Source of the DNA: Candidatus Geohabitans tengchongensis
Lineage (GTDB): Bacteria > Sysuimicrobiota > Sysuimicrobiia > Sysuimicrobiales > Humicultoraceae
Assembly (NCBI GenBank): GCA_031459625.1
Contig: JAVKIH010000017.1
Location: forward strand, 1-52,742
Direction: 5' to 3'
DNA: 52,742 bases
A program made the position numbers and the translations under genes. A model generated the notes under the pieces. That model ran no database searches. It was given only the letters and a program-made list of their open reading frames with translations, and was not told where the DNA came from. Positions 8,695-18,851 of the stretch are shown one piece after another. How positions within the stretch are numbered: position 1 is the first letter of the stretch; the number at the start of each line of letters is the position of its first letter.

Positions 8695-10560
8695 GTGAGC
8701 GCCGCCGTCGCCGCCTACGACAGCCTGGTGCTCGCCGCGGTCGCCGTCGAGCTCGAGGCCATGCGCGGCGCGCGCGTCGTAGCGGTGCACCAGCCCGAGC
8801 CGGAGGCGGTGGCCCTCCTCCTGCGCGGCCGGCAGGGGACGCGCGGGCTGTGGTGCTCCATCCATCCGCGATGGGCCCGCGTCGTTCTCGCCCCCGCTCC
8901 GTCGGCCCGCCCCACCCACCCGTTCCCGACCCTGTTGCGCGCGCGGCTGGACGGGGCGCGCCTGGTCGAGGTGACCCAGCCCGCGTTCGAGCGGGTGCTG
9001 ACGCTCACCTTCGAGGCGCTGGAGGGGCGTCTCGACCTGGTGGCCGAGGTGATGGGCCGCCACGCCAACCTCCTCCTGCTCGACGGGCGGTGCCGCGTCG
9101 TGGGGATCTTCAAGCCCGTCACCCCGGCGATGAGCCGCGTCCGACCGCTCGGGCCCGGCGCGACCTACACCCCGCCGCCCGTCGGCCGGGCCCGCCCCGA
9201 GGCGGTCACCCCCGACGCCCTGGCGCGGTGGCTCGCCGCCGGACGCCCGGTGGCCGCCACCCTGGTGGCGCACCTCGTCGGCGTGAGCCCGCCCGTGGCC
9301 GCGCACCTGGCCCTCGCCGCCGGCTGCGATCCGGAGCAGGCGGCTCCCCCCGACGCCGCCCCGGCGGTGCACGCCGCCCTGGGTGAGCTGATCGCGACCG
9401 TGACGGCGCGTGCCTTCCGCCCCTCCCTCTACGAGGACGACGCGGGCGAGCCGGTGGCCTTCAGCGCCATCCCGCTGGCCGCCTACCGCCACCTGCGCCG
9501 GCGCGACGCGCCGTCGATGAGCGCGGCCGTGGAGACGGTGGTGGCGCGCCTGGCCGGGCAGGAGGCGCTGCGCGCGGCCCGGCAGGCGCTGCTGGCGCGC
9601 CTGGGGGCGCTGAGCCGGCGGGTGCACCGGGCGCTGGAGGAGGCGCGGGCGCAGCTGCAGCGCGCCGAGGGGGCGGAGACTTACCGGCGCTTCGGCGAGC
9701 TCCTCCTCGCCCACGCGCACGCCCTCCCCCGCGGCGCGCGCGAGGTGACGGTGCCGGACTTCGACGGGCGCCCTACGACCATCACGCTCGACCCGCAGGC
9801 CTCGGCGGTGGCGAACGCCCAGGCCTACTTCCGGCGCTACCGCAAGGCGGCCGCCGGCCGGCCCACCCTGCAGGAGCGCGTGGGCGCGCTGGAGGCCGAA
9901 GCGGCCTTCCTGGAGCAGGTGCGGGTGCTGGCCGAGCAGGCCGAGGACCTGCCGGCGCTGGCGGCGGTGGCGCAGGACCTGACGGAGGGTGAGGGACAGC
10001 CGGTGGGGACGGCAGGACGCGGAGCGCGGCGGGGCAGCGCCACTCCCCGGCGCGTTCCGCTCTCCAGGAGAGGGCGCAGCCGGCCGCCAGGCTCCGGTGC
10101 GCCCGCGCCGGCGACGGGCGGCCCGCGGCGCTTCACCGCTCCCGGCGGCTTCGCCATCCTGGTCGGGCGCAGCCACCGCGAGAATGACCGTCTCACCTTT
10201 GAGGTGGCCGCCCCGCACGACCTGTGGCTCCACGCCCGCGGGATGCCGGGCGCGCACGTCATCCTGCGCACCGGGGGGCGCCGGCCCTCTGAGGCCGCGG
10301 TCCAGGCGGCGGCGGCGGTGGCCGCCTACTACAGTCGCGGGCGGGGAGCTGCCAGGGTGGCGGTCGATGTCACCGAGCGCCGCCACGTGCACCGGCTGCG
10401 CGGCGGACGGCCCGGCATGGTCACCTACACCGGCGAGCGCACCCTCACCGTCGAGCCGGCCCTGCCGGCGGGGGCACCGGCGCAGGAGCGCACCACCGCG
10501 CCCCCACGACCGCAGGGGCCGTCCCGGACCGGGTCTCACACACCGCCGGACGTGTGGTAG
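8695..10560 (+). CDS. rqcH: Ribosome quality-control protein RqcH (NFACT/FbpA family)
   Basis: Probable GTG at 8695 inside ORF 6841..10560; FERVL, EVMGRHANLLL, NAQAYFRRYRK, ILVGRSHRENDRL, DLWLHARGMPGAHV and AAYYS motifs. Confidence 0.92.
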   Translation: MSAAVAAYDSLVLAAVAVELEAMRGARVVAVHQPEPEAVALLLRGRQGTRGLWCSIHPRWARVVLAPAPSARPTHPFPTLLRARLDGARLVEVTQPAFERVLTLTFEALEGRLDLVAEVMGRHANLLLLDGRCRVVGIFKPVTPAMSRVRPLGPGATYTPPPVGRARPEAVTPDALARWLAAGRPVAATLVAHLVGVSPPVAAHLALAAGCDPEQAAPPDAAPAVHAALGELIATVTARAFRPSLYEDDAGEPVAFSAIPLAAYRHLRRRDAPSMSAAVETVVARLAGQEALRAARQALLARLGALSRRVHRALEEARAQLQRAEGAETYRRFGELLLAHAHALPRGAREVTVPDFDGRPTTITLDPQASAVANAQAYFRRYRKAAAGRPTLQERVGALEAEAAFLEQVRVLAEQAEDLPALAAVAQDLTEGEGQPVGTAGRGARRGSATPRRVPLSRRGRSRPPGSGAPAPATGGPRRFTAPGGFAILVGRSHRENDRLTFEVAAPHDLWLHARGMPGAHVILRTGGRRPSEAAVQAAAAVAAYYSRGRGAARVAVDVTERRHVHRLRGGRPGMVTYTGERTLTVEPALPAGAPAQERTTAPPRPQGPSRTGSHTPPDVW

Positions 10561-10619
10561 CGGCGGCCTCGTCGCCGTCCTCGACCCGGGCGCTCACTGC
10601 AGGCCCTCCTCCCGGGCAC

Positions 10620-12126
<1,507 letters not shown>

Positions 12127-12148
12127 GTCCCGCCCTCCACGCCCGCGG

Positions 12149-12952
12149 TCAGGGGACCGGGGGCGGCCCGGGCGGCGGGACGGCCGACGGCGTGGGCTCC
12201 CTTGCCTCCGCGCCCTCGGCGGGACGGGCAGCCCCGCGGTGGGCCGCTACCAGGAGGAGGACGAGGGCCCCCAGCGCCACCACGGCGCTCGCCACCTGGG
12301 CCAGCGTCAGCGGCCCCAGCACGAGGGGACTGTCGACGAAGAACTCCGCCAGGAAGCGGCTCGTCGCCAGGAGGAAGACGAAGGTGAGGAAGGGGACGCC
12401 GGGAGGAGGGTCGTGCTGCGTCCGCAGCACCATGTAGATGCCCACCGCGGCCAGCAGCAGGTAGACCGGGACGGGGTGGACCGTCTCCAGGCCGATCTGC
12501 ACCGCCCAGGGGACACCGGTCGGGCGCCCGCGGAAGAGGCCATGGAGGAGCGCGCCGACCATGGCCACGGCGTACCCCAGGGCCAGCCCCGGGGCCGTGG
12601 CGTCGAGCAGGCGGCCCAGGGAGACGGGCCGCCCGCGGGTGAAGAGCCAGGCCACCAGCGCGCCGCCGCCGAGCGCCCCGTAGAACGCCAGGCCTGCGTC
12701 CCGCCAGATGGTCAGCACGGCGAGGGGATCGCCGGTGAACGCCTCCAGGTGCACCAGGACGTAGGCGAGCCGCGCCCCCAGGATCCCGGCGATGATCATG
12801 TAGAGGCTGAGGTCGAGCATGGTCGTGGGGTCGACGCCGGCGGCGGGGGCGCGGCGGCGGGCGATGGCGATCCCCACCCAGAACGCCAGGAGCAGGAAGA
12901 CGCCGAAGGCGGAGATGGGCACCGGGCCGACGCGGAAGAGGACCGGGCTCAC
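12149..12952 (-). CDS. lgt: Prolipoprotein diacylglyceryl transferase (Lgt) family protein, divergent
   Basis: GTG at 12952 overlaps the lspA stop; GILGARLAYV, IWRDAGLAFYGAL, PWAV, HP and RFLAEFF motifs. The Lgt signature is degenerate. Confidence 0.75.
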   Translation of the reverse strand: MSPVLFRVGPVPISAFGVFLLLAFWVGIAIARRRAPAAGVDPTTMLDLSLYMIIAGILGARLAYVLVHLEAFTGDPLAVLTIWRDAGLAFYGALGGGALVAWLFTRGRPVSLGRLLDATAPGLALGYAVAMVGALLHGLFRGRPTGVPWAVQIGLETVHPVPVYLLLAAVGIYMVLRTQHDPPPGVPFLTFVFLLATSRFLAEFFVDSPLVLGPLTLAQVASAVVALGALVLLLVAAHRGAARPAEGAEAREPTPSAVPPPGPPPVP

Positions 12953-13428
12953 CGGGTTCCTCGCGCAGCAGGCGCCCGCAGCGTCAGGAGCAGCAGGGCG
13001 GCGCCGACCACCACCGCGGCATCGGCCAGGTTGAAGACCGGCCAGACGTGCAGGTCGACGTAGTCGACGACGTAGCCCAGGCGGAAGCGGTCGAGCAGGT
13101 TGCCGGATGCGCCTCCGAGGACGAGTCCGGCACCGAGCCGCTCCGCCCACCCGGTCGGCCCCCTGCGCCCGGCGCGCAGCCAGTGGGCGCCGACGGCGAC
13201 CACCACCACGAGCGCCACGAGCGCGGTGAGCAGGACCGGCGCGTTGCGGAAAAGGCCGAAGGCAATCCCGGTGTTGTGCACGCGGGTGAGGGCCACCACG
13301 CCGGGGAGGAGCGGCCGGCTGATCCCCTCCGGCAGCGCCCGGACGACGAGGGCCTTGGCCACCTGGTCGACCAGCAGCACGAGCAGGCTCACGAGCCCCA
13401 CCGTCGGCCAGGCCGCCCGGGCGCGCAC
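12949..13428 (-). CDS. lspA: Signal peptidase II (start uncertain)
   Basis: DQVAK, NTGIAFG, GGASGNLLDR, VVDY and PVFNLAD motifs. Confidence 0.93.
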   Translation of the reverse strand: MRARAAWPTVGLVSLLVLLVDQVAKALVVRALPEGISRPLLPGVVALTRVHNTGIAFGLFRNAPVLLTALVALVVVVAVGAHWLRAGRRGPTGWAERLGAGLVLGGASGNLLDRFRLGYVVDYVDLHVWPVFNLADAAVVVGAALLLLTLRAPAARGTR

Positions 13429-13486
13429 AGTCCCCGCCCTGCCCCGCGCGGAGGTCCGCACAACGGCTGCCACGCCGACGCCGGAG

Positions 13487-14095
13487 CTAGAGACGCGCGC
13501 CGCTGGCCGCCCGCTCCTCATCCGCCTTGCAGGCGATGCAGAGCCTGGCGTAGGGGATGGCCCGCAGCCGGTCGGGGTGGATGGGCCGGCCGCACCGCTC
13601 GCAGGTCCCGTAGGTCCCCGCGTCCACGCGGGCCATGGCGTCCTCCACCTGCTTGAGCAGCGCCCGCAGGCTGGCCTCGATGGCGAACCCCTTCTCGCGC
13701 TCGAAGGTGTCGCCGGCGACGTCGGCGTAGTCCTCGTCGGTCGACCCGCCGACGTCCATCCCCAGCTGGTGCTCCACCTCGGGGATGTGCTCCTCCAGCG
13801 CCTCCAGTTCCTCGCTCAGACGCCGGTGCTCCGCTTCGAGCAGTTTGCGGAACTCCTTGAGGTCGCGCCGGGAGAGCCGGGGAGCCGGAGCGGCATCGCG
13901 GCGGGTCTGCGCAGTGCCGGGCCCGGCCGGTCCGGCGGCGGGGGACTGGACCACCCGGGTACGTCCCGTACCCCGAACAGGTGTCCGGGTCGCTGTCGCT
14001 GCCCCCCGCCGGCTCTCCCGGGTCGCCCTGGCCGCCTGCCCTCTGCGAGTGTTCGGGGCCCGCCTGGTGCTCCTGGCGGCCTTTGGCTGTGTCAT
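13487..14095 (-). CDS. DksA/TraR family C4 zinc-finger protein (YteA-like)
   Basis: ATG at 14095 with GGGGAGG RBS; coiled coil with DYADVA tip, GTYGTCERCG and RLRAIPYARLCIAC. Confidence 0.9.
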   Translation of the reverse strand: MTQPKAARSTRRAPNTRRGQAARATRESRRGAATATRTPVRGTGRTRVVQSPAAGPAGPGTAQTRRDAAPAPRLSRRDLKEFRKLLEAEHRRLSEELEALEEHIPEVEHQLGMDVGGSTDEDYADVAGDTFEREKGFAIEASLRALLKQVEDAMARVDAGTYGTCERCGRPIHPDRLRAIPYARLCIACKADEERAASGARL

Positions 14096-14198
14096 CGCGC
14101 CCTCCCCTGTCACCTGACGTCACCCGCAAGGGGCCCCGATGGCGCTTGGGGGCGCTTTTCGGGGTCTTTCGGGCGTTTTTCTGCGGAAATCTCCGCTC

Positions 14199-14227
14199 AT
14201 CTTAGCCAACGCACACACGCTCCGCAA
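14199..14227 (-). promoter_or_regulatory. sigma70-type promoter for the dksA-lspA-lgt-rluA-pyrR run
   Basis: TTGCGG-17 bp-TAAGAT on the minus strand, about 100 nt upstream of the dksA-like ATG. Confidence 0.6.
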
Positions 14228-14244
14228 GTAGCCGCCAACGGCCC

Positions 14245-14997
14245 TCAGGTCGTCGTCACAGACCTCCCCGCCGCGGGGGAGGCCGCACGTCCCGGCACCG
14301 GGTCCTCCCCCTGCAGGGCTTCCCGGACCGCCGCCGCGGCCAGGACCTGGGTGGAGTCCAGCGTCGGGACCGGGAGGTCGGTCTGAGCCAGCGCCAGGGG
14401 GAGTTCGGTGCACCCCAGGATGAGGAGCGCCGCCCCGCGCTCGACCAGGCGCCGGGCCACCGCCACCGCCTCCTGCCTCAGGCGCCCGTCCGCCCGCTGC
14501 GCCTTGATCGCGTAGATGAGGCGGTCGACCGTCTCCTGCTCCTCCGCAGGTGGGACCAGGACCTCACACGCCGGCGCGAGCGCCCGGGGGTAGAGCCCCG
14601 TGGCCACCGTGCCGCGGGTGGCCAGGAGCCCCACCCGCCTGGTTTCCGGGTAGCGCTGCCGGATCGCCCGCGCCACTTCCCCCATGATGTGCAGCACCGG
14701 CACCTCGACCGCCGCGGCCACCGCCGGGTAGAAGGCGTGGGCGGTATTGCAGGGGATGGCGATCACCTCGGCCCCGGCCCGCTGCAGGTTGCGGGCGGTG
14801 GCCACCAGTGCGGGGACCGGGTCTTCGCCCCCGGCGAGGATGGCCGGGGTCCGGTCGGGGATGGCCGGGTTGTTGTCGATGACCACCCGCAGGTAGTCCT
14901 GGTCGCGCTCAGCCGGCGTCAGGCGGAGGATCTGCTCGAAGAAGTAGAGGGTCGCCCAGGGGCCCAGGCCCCCCAGGACGCCGATGGTGCGAGGCAT
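14245..14997 (-). CDS. Aspartate/glutamate racemase family (aspartate racemase-like)
   Basis: IGVLGGLGPWAT, IPDRT, and the catalytic PCNTAH and LGCTEL motifs. Confidence 0.92.
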   Translation of the reverse strand: MPRTIGVLGGLGPWATLYFFEQILRLTPAERDQDYLRVVIDNNPAIPDRTPAILAGGEDPVPALVATARNLQRAGAEVIAIPCNTAHAFYPAVAAAVEVPVLHIMGEVARAIRQRYPETRRVGLLATRGTVATGLYPRALAPACEVLVPPAEEQETVDRLIYAIKAQRADGRLRQEAVAVARRLVERGAALLILGCTELPLALAQTDLPVPTLDSTQVLAAAAVREALQGEDPVPGRAASPAAGRSVTTT

Positions 14998-15178
14998 GGG
15001 GTCGGTTGGCCTCCTCTCTCACGGATGGGCGCTGCGAATCGGCCCGACGCCGGTGAGGCCAGCGGGGCGCGCGGCCTCCGTGTGCGTCCCCACACTACGC
15101 GGGACGCCCCGCCTTTTCCTGTCCCATGCCCATCTTCCCCGGTTTCCGGGCCCGTCGGCGCAGGCCCGACCGGACCCC

Positions 15179-18100
15179 CTACCCGGCGCCCTGACGGCGC
15201 AGGCCCACCCGCACCTCCAGCCCGTCCAGCCGCACCGACCGCGCCGGGACATCCGGCGGCAGAGCGCGCTCCAGCGCGACAGCCAGGGTCTCGCGCCGGA
15301 CGTAGTCGCCGTGGGCGGCCAGCACCTCCTCCACGCCGTCGCCATCCACGAAGAGGACGATGCGGTCGGCGAGGTCGAGACCGGCCTCCTTGCGCAGCTG
15401 CTGGACGTGGTGCACCAGCTCGCGCGCCTGCCCCTCCCGGCGCAGCTCGGGGGTGAGGCGGGTGTCGAGGACGACGACCTCCCCCGCCAGCCCCTCGGCG
15501 ACGTACCCGTCCGCCGCCTGGAGCCGCACCTCCACCTCGTCCGATTCGACCACGACCGCCTCCCCGTCCACCTCCACCGTCACCCGGCCCGCCCCCTCCA
15601 GGCGGCGCAGGAGGCCGAGCGGGTCGAGCTCGCGCAGCCGGGCGGCCACGGTCTGCACGCGCGGGCCGAAGCGCGGCCCCAGCCGGTCGAAGCGGGGGCG
15701 GACCTCGTAGCGGGCGTAGGGGGCCGCGTCCTCGAGGAGGCGGACCGCCTTCACGTTGAGTTCCTCGGCCAGGTGCTCGAGGAGTTCGGGTGCGGCGGCG
15801 AGGTCCGCCCGCCGCGTCACCAGCAGTGCGGCCGGGAGCGGCTGGCGGGTGCGCAGGCGGATGCGCTGCCGGGCGGCGCGGCCCAGCGAGACCAGGCGGC
15901 GCACGGCCTCCACCTGCGCCTCCAGCGCCGGGTCGATCCGCCCGACGTCCGGGAGCGGGAAGTCGGTCAGGTGCACGCTGGCCGGGGCGGCGGGGTCCAG
16001 ACGCCGCACCAGGTTCTGGTAGAGCTGCTCGGTGACGAAGGGGATGAAGGGCGCCAGCGCCCGCGCCAGCGTCACCAGCACCTGGTAGAGCGTGAAGTAG
16101 GCGGCGCGCTTGTCCTGGTCATCCTCCGCCTTCCAGAAGCGGCGCCGGGAGCGGCGCACGTACCAGGTGGAGAGGTCCTCGACGAAGCGCTCCACCGGCC
16201 GGGCCGCCCCCGCCGGGTCGTAGTCGTCCAGGCGCTCGCGCACGGTGCGCACCGTCCCGGCCAGGCGGGAGAGGATCCACCGGTCCAGCAGCCGCAGCGG
16301 GGGCTCCGTGCGCACCATGGCGGCCACGTCGGTCGGCTCCAGGTTGGCGTAGGCCACGAAGAAGGCGTAGACGTTCCACAGGGGGATGAGGAAGCGCCGC
16401 CGCACCTCGTCGGCCGGGCGGTAGCCGAAGTTGATGTTGGCTGCCGGGTTCTGGACGGCGAACATCCAGCGCATGACGTCCACGCCGATGCGGTCGGCGC
16501 CCTCCTCGAACTCGATGGCGTTCCCCCAGGACTTGTGCATCTCCCGGCCGGTCTCGTCCCGCACCAGGGCGTGCCCCAGGCAGACGCGGAAGGGGGCGGT
16601 CGCCTCCAGCACCGTGCTCATCACCAGCAGGGCGTAGAACCAGTTGCGGTACTGCCCCGGGAAGGCCTCGGTGATGAAGTCCGCCGGGAACCACTCCCGC
16701 CAGTAGCGCCGGTCTCCCAGGTAGCTCACCTGGCCGGTCTGCGGGTCGACGAGCGTGGAGAAGGGCACGATGCCGGCATCCAGCCACGGGTTGCCGATGT
16801 CGGGGATGCGGCCCACGCGCTCGCCGCACCGCGGGCAGGCGATCTTCACCGCATCGACCCACGGGCGGTGCGGGGAGTGTCCCTCGAACACCTCCCACCC
16901 CTCCACCGCCCGGGCCCGGAGCTCCTCCCGTCCCCCGATGACCTCGAAGTGCCCGCAGCGGTGGCACTCGTAGATCGGCAGCGCCAGACCGTAGTAGCGC
17001 TTCTTGCTGATCATCCAGTCGTGCATGTTGCGCAGCCAGTCCAGCTCGCGGTCCAGCCCGAACTCGGGGATCCAGCGCACCGTGCGGGCCACCGCCATGA
17101 GCTGCTCCCGGATGGGGTCCATGGCGATGAACCATTCGTCCACCAGCCGGAAGACCAGGTCGGTGCCGCACCGCCAGCACACCGGGTAGCGGTGGGTGTA
17201 GGGCTCGTGGCGGTAGAGCAGCCCGCGCTGCGCCAGGTCGGCGACGATACGCTCGTTGGCCTCGGCCACCCCCAGCCCGGAGAGCCAGCCGAAGCCCTCC
17301 ACGAAGACGCCGAACTCGTCCAGCGGCGCCACCACCGGCAGGCCGTGGGCGCGCCCCAGCGCGAAGTCCTCGGGGCCGGCGCCCGGCGCGATGTGGACGA
17401 GGCCGGTCCCCTCCGCCGCGCTCACCTCCTCCCAGGGGATGACGCGGTGCTCGATGCCCGCTACGGCCGGTAACTCGTCAAACGGGCCTCGATACCGCAA
17501 CCCCACCAGGTGCCGGCCGGGCACCTCCTCCAAGACCTCGTACCGCCCCCGGAGCTGGTGCAGGGCCCCCGTGGCCAGCCAGTACTCCTGCCCGTCCTGC
17601 CGCACGCGCGCGTAGCGCAGCTCCGGGTGCACCGCCACCGCCACGTTGCTGGTCAGCGTCCAGGGCGTCGTCGTCCAGACGAGCAGGGAGCGCGCCGTCG
17701 CCGCTCCGTCGGCCCCGAGCAGGGGGAAGCGCACGAACAGCCCCGGGTGGGTCCGCTCCTGGTAGCCCTCGGTGACGATCTCGTGCTCGGAGATGCCGGT
17801 GGCGCAGCGCGGGCACCAGGGCATGACGTCGTGCCCCTTGTAGAGGAGCCCCCGCTCCCAGCAGCGCTTGAGGAAGTACCAGATCATGTAGTTGTTCTCG
17901 TCGGACATGGTGTGGTAGGAGTGCTCCCAGTCCATCCAGTAGCCGAGCCGGATGGACTGCTGGGTCTGGAGGGCGGCGAACCGCCGCACCCGCTCCTTGC
18001 ACCGCTCCACGAAGGCGGCGATGCCGTAGGTCTCGATGTCCCGCTTGGTGCGGAACCCCAGCTCCCGCTCCACCTCCACCTCGATCCACAGCCCCTGGCC

Positions 18101-18370
18101 GTCGAAGCCGTTCTGGTAGCGCTGCCGGTGGCCGAGCATGGTGTGGTAGCGCTGGAAGAGGTCCTTGTAGGTGCGGCCCCAGGCGTGGTGGACGCCCATG
18201 GGGTTGTTGGCGGTGATAGGGCCGTCGAGGAAGGACCAGCGCACCGGCGCGTGCGCGTTGCGCCGGATGTAGCGCTCCATCATCCCCTCGCGCAGCCACC
18301 ACTCCAGGACCGCCCGCTCGCGGGCCGGGAAGTCCACGCTGGTCGGCACCGGCTCGAACCGCATCGCCAT
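15179..18370 (-). CDS. ileS: Isoleucyl-tRNA synthetase, type 2
   Basis: 1063 aa; DGPITAN, WTTTPWTL, GTGLVHIAPG, DWMISKKRYYG and WYVRRSRRRFW motifs, IleRS2-type C-terminus; upstream T-box has an AUC specifier. Confidence 0.95.
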   Translation of the reverse strand: MAMRFEPVPTSVDFPARERAVLEWWLREGMMERYIRRNAHAPVRWSFLDGPITANNPMGVHHAWGRTYKDLFQRYHTMLGHRQRYQNGFDGQGLWIEVEVERELGFRTKRDIETYGIAAFVERCKERVRRFAALQTQQSIRLGYWMDWEHSYHTMSDENNYMIWYFLKRCWERGLLYKGHDVMPWCPRCATGISEHEIVTEGYQERTHPGLFVRFPLLGADGAATARSLLVWTTTPWTLTSNVAVAVHPELRYARVRQDGQEYWLATGALHQLRGRYEVLEEVPGRHLVGLRYRGPFDELPAVAGIEHRVIPWEEVSAAEGTGLVHIAPGAGPEDFALGRAHGLPVVAPLDEFGVFVEGFGWLSGLGVAEANERIVADLAQRGLLYRHEPYTHRYPVCWRCGTDLVFRLVDEWFIAMDPIREQLMAVARTVRWIPEFGLDRELDWLRNMHDWMISKKRYYGLALPIYECHRCGHFEVIGGREELRARAVEGWEVFEGHSPHRPWVDAVKIACPRCGERVGRIPDIGNPWLDAGIVPFSTLVDPQTGQVSYLGDRRYWREWFPADFITEAFPGQYRNWFYALLVMSTVLEATAPFRVCLGHALVRDETGREMHKSWGNAIEFEEGADRIGVDVMRWMFAVQNPAANINFGYRPADEVRRRFLIPLWNVYAFFVAYANLEPTDVAAMVRTEPPLRLLDRWILSRLAGTVRTVRERLDDYDPAGAARPVERFVEDLSTWYVRRSRRRFWKAEDDQDKRAAYFTLYQVLVTLARALAPFIPFVTEQLYQNLVRRLDPAAPASVHLTDFPLPDVGRIDPALEAQVEAVRRLVSLGRAARQRIRLRTRQPLPAALLVTRRADLAAAPELLEHLAEELNVKAVRLLEDAAPYARYEVRPRFDRLGPRFGPRVQTVAARLRELDPLGLLRRLEGAGRVTVEVDGEAVVVESDEVEVRLQAADGYVAEGLAGEVVVLDTRLTPELRREGQARELVHHVQQLRKEAGLDLADRIVLFVDGDGVEEVLAAHGDYVRRETLAVALERALPPDVPARSVRLDGLEVRVGLRRQGAG

Positions 18371-18420
18371 CGCCTCCTGACGCCTCTCTTGCCCCTCCCT
18401 GCCCCCACCGCGTCCAGGCC

Positions 18421-18452
18421 AAACAGCAACGCCCGTCCCTCAAGGACGGGCG
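18421..18452 (-). terminator. T-box attenuator terminator
   Basis: Hairpin CGCCCGTCC-TTGAG-GGACGGGCG followed by TTGCTGTTT on the minus strand. Confidence 0.8.
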
Positions 18453-18772
18453 CAGCCGCGGTACCACCCTGATTCCGGTGTGGCCCTGGCGGGCGCGCGC
18501 GCACCCACGCGGTTGAGCCGCCGCCGCCACACCGGCACTCATCCAGGGACGGGAGGCCTCCGCCTCCGATCCCCTCCCCACGGTCACGGTGGGGGTTCCG
18601 GTGGGGCTACAGGGAACAACGCTCCGTTCGCCCCACGGCTCCGGGGGGATCTTCGGCCGGCCCTGCGCCGCCGGGCTCGCACCCACAGCCCCCGTCCCGC
18701 CGACAGCACCGGCCTCGGGGACTCCCCGGCTCGCTCGGGCGAGGGGCCGTCCTACTCGTCCCCGTCATCGCC
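18421..18772 (-). ncRNA. T-box riboswitch, Ile (AUC) specifier
   Basis: Stem I GCGATGACGGGACGAGTAG...GCGAGCCGGGG...GGTGCGAGCCCGG...GAAG-ATC-CCCCCGGAGCC (specifier at 18648-18650); T-box AATCAGGGTGGTACCGCG at 18457-18474; terminator follows. Confidence 0.93.
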
Positions 18773-18784
18773 CAGGTGGCAGGT

Positions 18785-18814
18785 ATGGTAGCAACGCGGT
18801 CCCACGGGGGTCAA
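18785..18814 (-). promoter_or_regulatory. ileS promoter
   Basis: TTGACC-18 bp-TACCAT with an extended -10 TG, just upstream of T-box stem I. Confidence 0.7.
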
Positions 18815-18851
18815 GGTGACGCAGTGCCTCAGACTACATCCATCGGGGGTC

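Noticed and set aside
14984..17473. Long antisense or alternate-frame ORFs (this one, plus 32613..35498, 34538..36970, 4596..6497, 20032..21993, 41343..43064)
   Set aside because: All overlap well-supported genes, are low-complexity Arg/Gly/Pro/Ala or antisense-patterned, and show no motifs.
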